Below, in pieces: positions 13,030 through 25,100 of a DNA stretch of 64,000 nt. The notes beneath the pieces were generated by a model that was not told where the DNA came from, did not search any database, and saw only the letters and a list, made by a program, of their open reading frames with translations. The position numbers and the translations under genes were made by a program. This stretch comes from Azolla caroliniana (taxonomy: Eukaryota; Plantae; Polypodiophyta): contig JBHGNT010000018.1 in NCBI GenBank assembly GCA_043228905.1, forward strand, positions 13,144,001 through 13,208,000. Reading direction: 5' to 3'. Position 1 is the stretch's first letter. Each line of letters opens with the position of its first letter.

Positions 13030-13800
13030 TGCCGCCACTCTACACTGAGGGGCCGCTACTGTGCGTTCCAAGCATCATCAAAGAGCTGCTCAATCTGACG
13101 GGGTTCTCTTCTCTGTGACACTCTACACTCAGGGGCCACTACTGTGCATTCCAAGCATCATCAAAGAGCTGTTCAATCTGACGGGGTTCTCTTCTCTGTG
13201 CCACTCTACACTCAGGGGCCATTACTGTGCGTTCCAAGCATCATCAAAGAGCTGTTCAATCTGAGGGGGTTCTCTTCTCTGTGCCACTCTACACTCAGGG
13301 GCCATTACTGTGCGTTCCAAGCATCATCAAAGAGCTGTTCAATCTGAGGGGGTTCTCTTCTCTGTGCCACTCTACACTCAGGGGCCGCTGCTGTGCGTTC
13401 CAAGCATCATCAAAGAGCTGTTCAATCTGACGGGGTTCTCTTCTCTTTGCCACTCTACACTCAGGGGTTGCTACTGTGCGTTCCAAGCATAATCAAAGAG
13501 CTATTCAATCTGACGGGGTTCTCTTCTCTTTTCCACTCTCACTCAGGGGCCGCTACTGTGCGTTTCAAGCATCATTGGTAACTGTTCAATCTGACGGGGT
13601 TCTCTTCTCTTTTCCACTCTCACTCAGGGGCTGCTACTGTGCGTTTCAAGCATCATTGGTAACTGTTCAATCTGACGGGGTTCTCTTCTCTATGCCACTC
13701 TATTCTCAAGTGCCTTCTATGTGCGTTTCAAGCATCATCGGTAACTGTTCAATCTAACGGGGTTCTCTCCTCCATTGCCATCATTCTATACTCAGTTGCC
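13030..13800. repeat. Tandem repeat of about 83 bp, roughly 9 copies, decaying at the 3' end
   Basis: Recurrent ccactctacactcaggggccnntactgtgcgttccaagcatcatcaaagagctgttcaatctgacggggttctcttctctgtg; ORF-track starts are spaced 83 bp apart. Confidence 0.95.
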
Positions 13801-14115
13801 ACTACTGTCCAGTCCCGGGTTGCTTCCACATTTCGATTTGACGGAGTTCACTCATCCAACGGCAACATTCTACACTCAGTTGTTGCCATTGGTCGGTCTT
13901 GGATCGCCTCCTCAACTGTTGGATCCAACAGAGTGAAATCCTCTACTGTTCGGTCTTGGATTGCAATAACTTTTCTGTCTATTGATTATCTTGTGTATTG
14001 TTGTGTCTAATCTTGTGTATTGTGTGGAATATTTTTGTGTATTGTTGTTGCCCATAGCCATCTTTAATACTTGTTTTTTTTTCTGGAAATTTAGGGTTTT
14101 AACATTTCTAGCCAA

Positions 14116-16367
14116 ATGGAAGGGGAAGAAGGGTGTTTAGAATTACCCCTCAATGATCATAAGGATAGGGATGATGTTATCAGGACACAACAAGCCATAC
14201 GAAACTATTGGGCAGAAAAGAAAAGGAAACATCGTCAATTGTTGAAGGATACGAAAGCCACACTCAGTAAAGGTAAGGATAGTTTAGCTGAGAATGTAAG
14301 TAATGCGACTACTATCATAGAGAGAAAGGTTGTAGACTATTTCAATGTTCAAACCAAGCACATCAGCAATGAAGAAAAGAAGGTAGTACTTTATGGAATA
14401 TGTAATGATCCATCGATAAAGGACTTAGTTGATTGTGATGGTCTTAATGCAAACATATCATCTATTTTAGTAAATAATCTTCGTAATAGTTTCGTATCCA
14501 TGAGCAGGTCAGAAGATGATCTTGTCTTAAAAAGGTCTAGTCTAATGATGTTACTTAATAGTGATGTTGACGATATAAACATCAGTGAGCTATCTAAGGT
14601 AATTGGTGTTAGTAGAAAAACAGTGTACAATACAATGAACCGTATAATTTCCTCGGGTGAAGGAACTAGTCTATTAAAGCTAACTACAAGATGTAAGCCA
14701 ATGACACCCATAACATTTGAAATCAAGGATGTAATCACAATGTTTTGGACTAATGAGAGTAGGGTTTCACCCAATAAAAAGGATTTATGCAGGAAACGTG
14801 TTGGAAGAAATCAATACGAGGAGCATCCCATTCATCTTCTTGATGTACCTCAGGTATTTACATTTATCTCAACATTTGTTTTGACTCTACTCGGAAAGTT
14901 AATTAGCTCAGTTAGCAGAAAAGCTAATTAGCTTATCAGTTACATTTACCTCAGTTAGCTACTAGGATCGCTACTACATAGGTAACTAGCTACTCTCAAT
15001 AGTTACTACCATGATAGCTAATTAGCTATTCTCAATAGCTAATTTAGGTACTACCAGATAATTAGCTGTACTGCTAGCTAGTTAGCTATCATGGTAGCTA
15101 GTTAGCTATTTCGTTATTACCAGCTAATTAGCTACTAGGAAAGCTAATTAGCTACCATGATAGCTAATTAGCTACTATGATAGCTACTACATAGGTAACT
15201 GGCTACTCTCAATAGCTACTACCATGATAGCTAATTAGTTAGGATAGCTAATTAGCCACCATTATAGCTAATTAGCTACTAGACCAGCTAATTAGCTACC
15301 ATGATAGCTAATTAGTTACTAGGACAGCTAATTAGCCACCGTGATAGCTAATTAGCTACCATGATAGCTAATTAGCTACTATACCAGCTAATTAGCTACC
15401 ATGATAGCTAATTAGTTACTAGGAAAGCTAATCAGCCACCATTATAGCTAATTAGCTACTAGACCAGCTAATTAGCTACCACGATAGCTAATTAGCTACT
15501 AGACCAGCTAATTAGCTACCACGATAGCTAATTAGCTACTAGACCAGCTAATTAGCTACCATGATAGCTAATTAGTTACTAGGAAAGCTAATTAGCCACC
15601 ATGATAGCTAATTAGCTACTAGACCAACTAATTAGCTACCATGATAGCTAATTAGTTACTAGGAAAGCTAATTAGCCACCATGATAGCTAATTAGCTACT
15701 AGAGCAGCTAATTAGCTACCATGATAGCTAATTAGCTACTAGGACAACTAATTAGCTACTAGGACAGCTAATTAGCTACCATGATAGCTAATTAGCTACT
15801 ACGACAGCTAATTAGCTACCATGATAGCTAATTAGCTACTACGACAGCTAATTAGCTACCATGATAGCTAATTAGCTACTAGGACAACCAATTAGCTACT
15901 AGGACAGCTAATTAGCTACCATGATAGCTAATTAGCTACTACGACAGCTAATTAGCTACCATGATAGCTAATTAGCTACTAGAATAGCTAATTAGCTACC
16001 ATGATATCTAATTAGCTACTACGACAGCTAATTAACTACCATGATAGCTAATTAGCTACTACGACAGCTAATTAGCTACTAGGACAGCTAATTAGCTACC
16101 ATGATAGCTAATTAGCTACTAGAATAGCTAACTAGCTACTAGAATAGCTAACTAGCTACTAGAATAGCTAATTAGCTACTAGGATAGTTAGCTAGTTACG
16201 AGAATAACTAATTCCCCTTTATTACGCAGGTCGATTTATTTATTAGGTTCAAACGAATGCATCCAACTATCAAAGTTCAACTACGAACATTCGAGTCTCT
16301 TAAGCCACACTTTGTGAGACGCTTAAAGGATCGATACACATGTTGTTGCATTTACTCTTGTTGTTGA
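14116..16367 (+). pseudogene. Truncated Sola-type transposase N-terminus; exons 14116-14853 and 16230-16367
   Basis: A phase-0 GT..AG intron (14854-16229) gives ..FWTNESRVSPNKKDLCRKR..HLLDVPQ|VDLFIRFKRMHPTIKVQLRTFESLKPHFVRRLKDRYTCCCIY; HTH-like ISELSKVIGVSRKTVYN; no DDD catalytic domain. Confidence 0.72.
14900..16200. repeat. 20-bp minisatellite built on the perfect palindrome TAGCTAATTAGCTA, with 40-bp higher-order alternation
   Basis: Alternating tagctaattagctactagga and cagctaattagctaccatga units, roughly 50 or more, all inside the transposase intron. Confidence 0.97.
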
Positions 16368-16404
16368 AAGATACACCAACTTTGCTCAGGAATCGTTAAC
16401 TTAC

Positions 16405-18120
16405 TTGAAGCTTATCCAAATTGTAATCTGCAACAGTATTTACACCTAGAAGGTCCAGGTTCATTGAAAGAACCTGGATCTCTATTTGCAGTTCTATTTT
16501 ACGCTGGGGATCTAGTGGCCCCTCTAATTCAAGCTCCTGTTGCGCAACCTATTCCAGATAATGCTTGATTAGCACATTTTACCCGTTATTTATAACACAA
16601 TCACATACCAGCAAAACAATAGTTACTTGAATCTTATTTCTAATTGTTGTAACAGCAGAAGTAACTTTGCTCTCCATTGCAGAAGCCATTGTGGCTTTCT
16701 CTAAATCAGTCTTAAAAAATGCCAATGTCTCACAGGCTTCATGGACATTTTTTAGCATATAGCTAACCAATGTCTCACCTGTATCATCGACATTGGCTTT
16801 CCTTGGGTGTCGGTGTGGTGTATGCCCCCGGTCTTGCTGGGAGTCGGTAGTTGCATCAACGGCTGCCATGCTCCAAAATCTGTCTATTTTTTGTGCCAAG
16901 GTCCCCATCTTTCGGCATCTTTTTACCGATGCCTCACCATAGACTGCCCAAGCTACCCTATACATTTCAGGGTCTCTAGATTCCTTCGCTGTTTTGCAGT
17001 ACTCATATGCAAATGCTCTAGCAAATGAAACTGACAACTCATTGTTGACTGGGATCTCCTGATGAACTTTCTGGTGCAGTCTCATGCAGTCATCGTACAA
17101 GTCGGCTCGTACATGCTTCAGCTTGACCTTGCCTTTGACTCTAGGCATTGTATATACTGTCATCCAGTCTATATCACCGATCAATTTATCACTTAGGACA
17201 GCAGGGTCAACACCCTCGAGTGACAGACCATAGGTGTTGTGGAAGTCCTCCTTTGTCTCGCAAAATTTTGCGAAGTTTAGCACTCTCATATACGGAGGAA
17301 CGAGCCATCTGAAATATCATTTCAGAAATCAGAAATAGTGCAAAATCAGAATATGTGAGAATCAAAAACCCCAATCAACAACAACAAAAATGGTGCAAAA
17401 TCTTTAACTTAGCAAATCAGAAACCCTAATCATAATTTGTATTCAGAAATTTGAAATCAGAAACCCTAATCAAAATCTGTAATCAGAAGTTTGAAATCAG
17501 AAACCCTAATCAAAATCTGTAATCAGAAGTTTGTAACCAGAAACCTATTCAGAAATTCTAATTAGAAATTTATAATCAAAAACCCTAATCAGAAATTTCA
17601 ATCAGAAACCCTAATAAAAAATTTCAATCACAAACCGTAATCAGAAATCCTAAGCAGAAATTTATAAACAAAAACCCTATTCAGAAATTCTAATTTGTAA
17701 TCAAAATTTGTAACCAGAAACCCTATTCAGAAATTCTAATCAGAAATTTATAATCAAAAACCCTAATCAGAAATTTCAATCACAAACCCTAATCAGAAAT
17801 TTCAATCACAAACCCTAATCACTAAAGACAGGATTAAACACAAAAAAAGTAATATAAACACACCTGTTGCTACTCCCCGATTTGCGAGACATCCTTGTAT
17901 GGGACTCCAAGGACTTCGCCCTATTCGATTTTGGGGAAATATGAATCGGCACCAAAGTTCAGACAGTAGTCAAAAAGAAAAAACAAATGTTTGGGGTTTC
18001 TGTAACTGAAACATACCTGGACGATGATCGAGCGGGTTCTGTGTTGTAGCTCTCAATCTGCAATGTCGATTTTTTGCTGTTGCGGGAGCTACGTCTGCGT
18101 TCGTGCTCTGAGTACTCCAT
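16405..18120 (-). CDS. Four-exon gene of unknown function (about 330 aa) inside the DNA transposon, convergent to the transposase
   Basis: Exons 18120-18017, 17920-17864, 17308-16627 and 16548-16405; three GT..AG introns with matching phases (2,2,0); no stops; MEYSEHERRRSS..RWLVPPYMRVLNF..SFARAFAYEY..VAWAVYGE..KIQ|VAQQELEL..DKLQ. Confidence 0.75.
17410..17822. repeat. AT-rich degenerate tandem repeat rich in AAACCCTA telo-box motifs, in intron 2 of the minus-strand gene
   Basis: Repeated atcagaaaccctaatc and agaaatttcaatc units. Confidence 0.85.
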
Positions 18121-18868
18121 CTGCGTTCAAAATCAGACTTAGGCTAAACAGGAAATTGATGACATTGAAGTCGACCTTAGATGATGGTGATATTCCCCAA
18201 GTTCCACTACGTCTGAAACAGAAGTTCAAATATTTGAGTTTTTTCATAAATTAGTTTTTCAAATATTTGATTTTCCCACAAGAAAGACTAGCTAAACAAA
18301 TAGCTAATTAGCTATGGCCATTTTAGTAGCTAATTAGCTATAATAGTGTTTCCACTCGCATGCTTTTACCCACATATAGGTCAGGAGTCCTTATTTCCCC
18401 CTCGTTTACCACAAACTTTGTTGGTACATTACGTAACCTCAAGTCTCATAATTACGATGGCATACGCCAAAGTGCAACCTAATGGTCAAGCCAAATGAGC
18501 CTTCTTTTCGTAGTAGGCCCTGGTGGCCCATCACATGGTTATGTCATTACGAATGCCTCTCGTAAGAATGATCTCATGGTGGCATCGTATCCATGTAACG
18601 AGGGAGGGATGTTGGATATGTGTATCATAGGAGCGACCTCACATGAACTGGGTCAAGCCCTACCTTCTCGACATCATTGTGGCTATAGGCATTTGTTTAC
18701 GTAATAAAATCGAAGTCACCAACGGGAATGTCAACAATTAAAAATTGTTGAAAAAAAGGGATGGTGACAACGTCATTCTCACAAAAATGTGAGGACAGCC
18801 ACCAAGATCCTTTCCTCGAAAAGGAAAACATTTGATATAAAGATCACGTAATATCAATTATATGGTCG

Positions 18869-19286
18869 TGGTGAGAATTTACCGTAGCATTCTCTACACG
18901 TGGATAAGTGTGAGGGTTAAATGAGAGTGTAAAGAAGGGGAGGATTACTTTTGATCCTCGGGATTGAGATAACCCATTAGGCCAAGTGTAAACTTGCGTG
19001 GGGGCCTTGGGTATCGCTATAAATAAGAGGCCTAGCTACCCTCATTTCATCATCTTGTTGACTATGTCGAGACTCTATCTTGTGGTGGGTAGCGAGCGCG
19101 CCAGCACCAGGTATGACTTGACGCCACGACGGTGGTATGGGACATTGATCGAGGCTCGAGTTCATCTCGATCCCTTCGCTCAAGGGTGGTCGGGTGGATT
19201 AGCACCTTTCTTTCTCTGTCTCCTTTCTATCTAGATCTATCTTTTATCCTTATTTTATGCTTACATATTAGTTCATGTCTCTAATA
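18869..19286 (+). repeat. Second chromovirus LTR copy, missing about 29 bp at its 5' end
   Basis: Aligns with 9134-9561 (tgagaattt..acacgtggataagtgtgaggg..gttcatgtctctaa). Confidence 0.9.
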
Positions 19287-21409
19287 TTACCTACTAGTTC
19301 GTCTAGTCATTTCCTACTGATGGGAGTTAGTTCCCTTTAATCGTTGAGAAAGACCGACTGTGGAATATACAATATTGCGGAAAAACTGAAACACAACAAA
19401 TACATGAATACAGAATTTTACGTGGAAACCCTAATCGGGGAAACCATGAGAACAGAGATTCCACTATACACAAGAGAGTACAAAAAACAGTTACAATCTT
19501 CTCTGATACACACAAAGGATAACCCGCTTAGGGTTCTTAGCAAGTTCATTGAACTTTGTTGTCGCTCTCTCTCACGCTCACACACTCTCTCTTCTCTGTC
19601 GCGGTACCCTACAGAGGCTCACAAACTATTTTGTTCAACTCACATACGATGTTTGCCCTAAGTGTATTTATACTTATACACTGTATGTGCTATTTACAAA
19701 TGTAGCCACTTCTACTGTCATTACCATAATAAGAATAATAGTTATTTAATCGACTAATCGACTAGTCCACTCCAGTGTTGACTCTCCAGTCGGCCTGACC
19801 AATTGGTCGTGTCTTCAACTTGGACTCTCCCCATCTTCGACTGTTGGCACTTGGCCTGACCAGTCAACTGCTCCCATAGGAGGGACATATTCCTAACAAA
19901 CTCCCCTTCACTCCTATGGGTGGAGTCGCTTAGTCCTGCCCTCTATCTACAGACTCCGAGTTTTTCCATTGGTAGGTTCTTTGTCAGCATGTCAGATCCA
20001 TTGTCGTCAGTATGGATCTTCACAAGGGTGAACTCCCTCTCATCCACTTTCTCCCGCAACCAGTGATACCTTCTCTATATGTGCTTTGTTCAAGAGTGGT
20101 ACACAACATTCTTTGCTAGATGTATGGCGCTTTGGCTATCACAATGAAGCAAGAACTCCCTTTGCTTCATCTCCAACTTGCTGAGGAAATTTCTCATCCA
20201 GATTAGCTCTTTGTCGGCCTCTACCACTGCCATGTACTCTGCCTCTAGGGTCGACAAAGCCACAGACTTCTGCAGTCGCAATTGCCACGACACTGCTCCC
20301 CCTACATAGGCCATCCCATGCCCCGAAGTGGATCTACTTGTGTCTACATCCCCCGACATGTTCGAGTAGGTAAACCCTTCGAGCATGGGTTTTCCAACAC
20401 CATACCTAAGGCACACACCCAAGGTGCATTTTAAGTACATGAGTATCCATTTTACAATTGCCCAGTGTTCTTTGCGTGGATTACTCATGTATCGGCTTAC
20501 TGCTCCCACAACAAAAGCTATATTTGGCCTTGTACAGACCATAACATACATTAAACTACCGACGGTTGGGGCATACAATACTTTCTTCATCTTAGCCTTT
20601 TCTTTCTCCCCTCTCGGGCATTGCTTGGCATTCAACTTGTAGTTGGTCGGCAACACAAAGCTGACTAACTTTGCCACTAACATGTTGAATCTTTCTAGGA
20701 TTTTCGCCACGTATTTCTCTTGTGACCACCACAACACTTTTTTAGTTCTATCTCGAACTATGTGCATCCCTAATATCTGTTTTTCCGGTCCAAGATCTTT
20801 AATGGCAAACGACTTTCCTAATGCTTTCTTCAAGCTCACGACCTTCTTCGTGTCGTGTCATCCACATATAATAAGAGAATCAAGAAAACCCCTTCTTCAT
20901 ACCTTTTGACAAACACATAATGATCAACCTGTGTTTTCTAGAACCGATGTTCCACTATGAACGATTCAAACTTCTTGTACCATTGGCATGGAACTTGTTT
21001 CAACCCATACAAGCTTTTCTTCAGTTGACACACTAGCTTCTCTTTTCCCTTCTCCACAAAGCCTTCGGGCTGCTGCATGTAGACTTCTTCATCCAGCTCC
21101 TCGTGCAAGAATGTTATCTTGACATCCAACTATTCGATCTCCAGATCTATGCTCGCAACAATGCTTAGAACAGTTCAGATGGATGTCATCTTCATGACTG
21201 GTGCAAATATTTTGTCGAAGTCGACACCCTTTTTCTGTTGGAACCCCTTCACCACAATGCGGGCTCTAAATATGGGTGTGTTAACGTCTCCAGTCTTCAC
21301 CTTCTAGATGTTGGGAGACAGGTCCCTCCGGATGGGAAGGGAGAAGAACAGTGCCGATGAACAAACTCGGCCGAGGCCGATAGGCCGAGGACGAAACCGT
21401 ATGAGGTGG

Positions 21410-21705
21410 ACCCGGCTACGGAGAGCCGGATGATGCAGACCTGGTGAAGACCGGATGAGGAGTACCCGGCTACGGAGAGCCGGATGATGCAGACCCGGTA
21501 TGAAGACCGGATGAGGATTACCCGACTACGGAGGGCCGGATGATGCAGACCCGGTGAAAACCGGATGAGGAGTACCCAGCTACGGAGAGCCGGATGATGC
21601 AGACCCGGTGAAAACCGGATGAGGAGTACCCGGCTACAGAGAGCCGGATGATGCAGACCCGGTGAAGACCGGATGAGGAGTACCCGGCTACGGAGAACCG
21701 GATGA
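21410..21705. repeat. 54-bp tandem repeat in the Copia LTR U3, about 5.5 copies; also at 26348-26643 and 27471-27628
   Basis: Unit ggagagccggatgatgcagacccggtgaagaccggatgaggagtacccggctac. Confidence 0.93.
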
Positions 21706-22190
21706 AGAGACATATTCGTAAATATGTTTTCTGATAGTGCATCGAGGCTATATTTGTAAATAGCCGAAAAGTCATATTAGTATAAATATGACTTAGGGCA
21801 AACTAATATATTGTTGTTGTCATTTTCTTGTTGGTGCAAGAAGAATAGAAAGTACGTAACGTTGTACAGAGAGAGAGAGAGAAAGAGGTTGTTGCCTCTG
21901 TTGTAACCGCCGCATGTGGCGAAGATCGTGAGTCTGAGGTCGTTGCCTCCGTGAACTCACTGTTTTGTACATTCTTTCATAGTGACAGTTTGCAGCCTAT
22001 GGGCTGCCGTGGTTTTTCCCCTAATTTGGGGTTTTCCACGTAAACCTCCTGTGTAATTTTTCCTCTTCTTTGTGTCGCGTCTTATTTCCCGTTTTCTATG
22101 TATCATTCCAAGCTTGGTTGTGGCCGAGCGTTGCGCATAAGGAGCGTTGAGTTCCCGTCAAGTGGTATCAGAGCGAAACGACACAGAAAT

Positions 22191-25100
22191 ATGGACGAAT
22201 CGTTTGGCGGCATGTTCAAGCTCACCGGCTCCAACTATTCGGTATGGAAGTCGAAGATGAGGGACATGCTCGTGGTTAAAGACCTCTGGCTGCCGGTTCA
22301 GTTCAGGGACAAGAGACCGGACAAAATCGACGCCGCGATATGGGAGGTGATGCACATGAAGACAACGGCGTACATACGGTGCTTCATCGACATGAGCGTG
22401 TACAGTAACTTCAATGAAGAGAGCAAGGCTCATGAGCTTTGGGAGAAGATCGGCATAATGTTTCAGAACAAAAATGCTGTCAATCAGGTGTCGGTATTCC
22501 GGAAGCTAGTAAGACTCCGGTACCAAGATGGCTCTAGCATGGCGGAGCACATGAATGCCTTCCAGGGGCTGATCCACTAGGCAACTTCATTGGAAGTACC
22601 TCTCGCCGATGAGGTACTAGCGCTACTCCTGCTCGGTTCCCTCCCGGATAGCTGGGAGACATTGGTTGTCACTTTGGGCAACGCCGGGCCGGAAGGAAAG
22701 CGGTTATCCCTAGCAAGAGTAAAGTCGAGCTTGCTAGATGAGGAGGCGCGTCGGAAAGATAAGGATACGAGCTCCGACTCCAAAGCGCTCCTTACCGAAT
22801 CGGAACGCGGAAGACATAGAAACCGTAGTCCCCAGAATCGGGACAAGTCGGGGATACGGTCAAAGTCAAGGGGCAGGCCCACTTGCTTCTATTGCGGCAA
22901 GCCGGGTCACTTCCAAAAGAACTGTCGGCATTTCCGTAAAGACAAGGAAACCGACGGTACCGATTCGAAGCAAACCCCGGACCGGAACGGTAAAGACCGG
23001 AGGGGGCCAGACCGGAAGGGAACGACGGCAATCGCGGCAAGTGAAGAAGAGTTGATGCTCATCACCGAGGAGTGTGAGATAAACCTTGCCGGCGACGAGA
23101 TGACCTGGGTGGTAGACTCCGGAGCGTCGTTCCACCTTACCCCGGACCGGAAATGCTTCTCATCCTACTCAGCCGGTGATCACGACTGTGTCCGGATGGG
23201 GAATGAAGGTACATGCCGAATTGTCGGCATAGGAGACGTGTGGCTGTCGACACCAACCGGATGCAAGTTGCTGCTGAAGGATGTCCGACACGTTCTGGAG
23301 GTTCGTTTGAACCTGATATCAACCGGTCGGCTAGATGATGAAGGCTACACGGGTGGCATCCAGAACGGTGTCATGAAGTTCAGCAAAGGGAGCCTGATTG
23401 TGGCTCGGGCCCAGAAGGTCAACACACTGTACCTGATGAATGCTCGGTTATGCCCGGAAGAACTGAACGTGGCATCCGACACTGCCGGTGAGTTGTGGCA
23501 CAAGAGGCTGTGTCATATGAGCGAGAAGGGGATGAAGAGGCTTGCAGAAGACAACCTCATTCCAGTGAAGAACGTGCACTTAGAGAAGTGCACTGATTGT
23601 CTGGCCGGTAAGCAGAACCGGACCTCCTTCCGACCAAGGCCACTGATGAGACGTATTGCACCACTAGAGTTGGTGCATATGGATGTGTGTCAGGTAGACA
23701 CAAAGTCACATGCCGGAGCGCAGTACTTCGTGACGTTCGTAGATGACCACAGCCGGAAGCTGTGGGCCACACCGTTGAAGACGAAGGATCAGGTGTTATC
23801 CATCTTCAAAGAGCTCCACGCGAGAGTGGAAAGAGAAACCTGCCGGAAGCTGAAGGCGGTTCGAGCAGATAACAGAGGAGAGTACCGGGGGCAGTTCGAG
23901 GATTACTGCCGCTCGAAGGGAATCCGGCTCGAATTTACCGTGCTGAAGACGCCGGAACTAAACGGACTGGCCAAGAGGATGAACCAGACCATAATGGAGA
24001 GGGTCCGGAGTATGCTAGCACATGCAAAACTACCCAAGAAGTTTTGGGCTGAGGCATTGTCGACGGCGACATACATGATAAACAGATCACCCTCAGTACC
24101 CTTGGACGGAGACACGCCACAGAGAGTTTGGACCGGTAAGGAAGTATCCTACCGGCATCTGAAGGTGTTCGGGTGTCTCGCGTACGTGCATGTAGCTAAG
24201 GACCGGAGAGGAAAGTTAGACCCAAAGACCCGGCCATGCATATTCCTCGGTTACGGCGACGATGAGTTCGGCTACCGAGTGTGGGACCCGGTCGACAAGA
24301 AGGTGTTCCGGAGTCGAGATATTATCTTCATGGAGGACAAGACGCTCGCTGACTGGGAGTCGGAGAAAAAGATAATGAACTCCGAGTCGACCGGTAAGGA
24401 TCGATTCTATGATGAGCAGACCCAACCGGCAAGAGACCGGTTAGCACTCGACGAACCAGCCGGTTACGGTGAGGATACCGAACAGGCTGAAGAAGAAGTA
24501 GAAGAAGCTGAAATCAGAACCGGACAAGACCCCGAATCGGATTCGGATGAAGAGCAGATGGATGAGCCGGTCACCGAAGCCCAGAGACGGAGATATCCTC
24601 TCAGAGAGAGAAGGGCCCCCCGGAGATTTCCGGATGCAGAGCATGTTCTGCTGACCGATGAGGGGGAGCCGGAAAGCTTCGAAGAAGTGAAGGAAGACAC
24701 CCACAGCCGAAAATGGTTAAGTGCCATGCAGGATGAGATGGATTCCCTGCATGAAAACCATACGTACGAATTGGTGGAGTTGCCAAAAGGAAAGCGGGCA
24801 CTCCGAAATAAGTGGGCGTACAAGTTGAAACCGGGAGATGCCGGCAACCCCCCGAGATACAAAGCCAGGATCGTGGTGAAGGGGTTCCAGCAGAAAAAGG
24901 GCGTGGATTTCGACGAGATATTTGCCCCGGTTGTAAAGATGACCTCCATCCGGACGATGCTGAGTATAGCGGCAAGCATGGACCTTGAGGTAGAGCAGTT
25001 GGACGTGAAGACGACATTCCTTCACGGCGACCTCGAAGAGGAGATCTACATGCAGCAACCAGAAGGATTCGTGGAGAAAGGGAAGGAGCACCTGGTATGC

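Larger units (their letters stand above)
12681..18371 (+). mobile_element. TIR DNA transposon, Sola2-like, internally deleted
   Basis: 25-bp TIRs gggtgaaagcatgcgagtggaaaca (12681-12705) and tgtttccactcgcatgcttttaccc (18347-18371) with 1 mismatch; TSD ACAT at 12677-12680 and 18372-18375; transposase-like exons. Confidence 0.85.

Noticed and set aside
13030-13800. Regular repeats resembling a CRISPR array, and the repeated 60-67 aa ORFs over them
   Set aside because: The units are contiguous with no unique spacers, there are no cas genes, and the context is eukaryotic; the ORFs are by-products of the repeat
12681-18371. PIF/Harbinger, hAT or CACTA assignment for the TIR element
   Set aside because: No 3-bp or 8-bp TSD and no CACTA/CACTG ends; the flanks fit a 4-bp ACAT duplication
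21297-21775. Minus-strand repeat proteins (LHHPALRSRVLLIR..), also at 26028-26777
   Set aside because: They arise from the 54-bp LTR repeat, whose length is a multiple of 3; no evidence of coding
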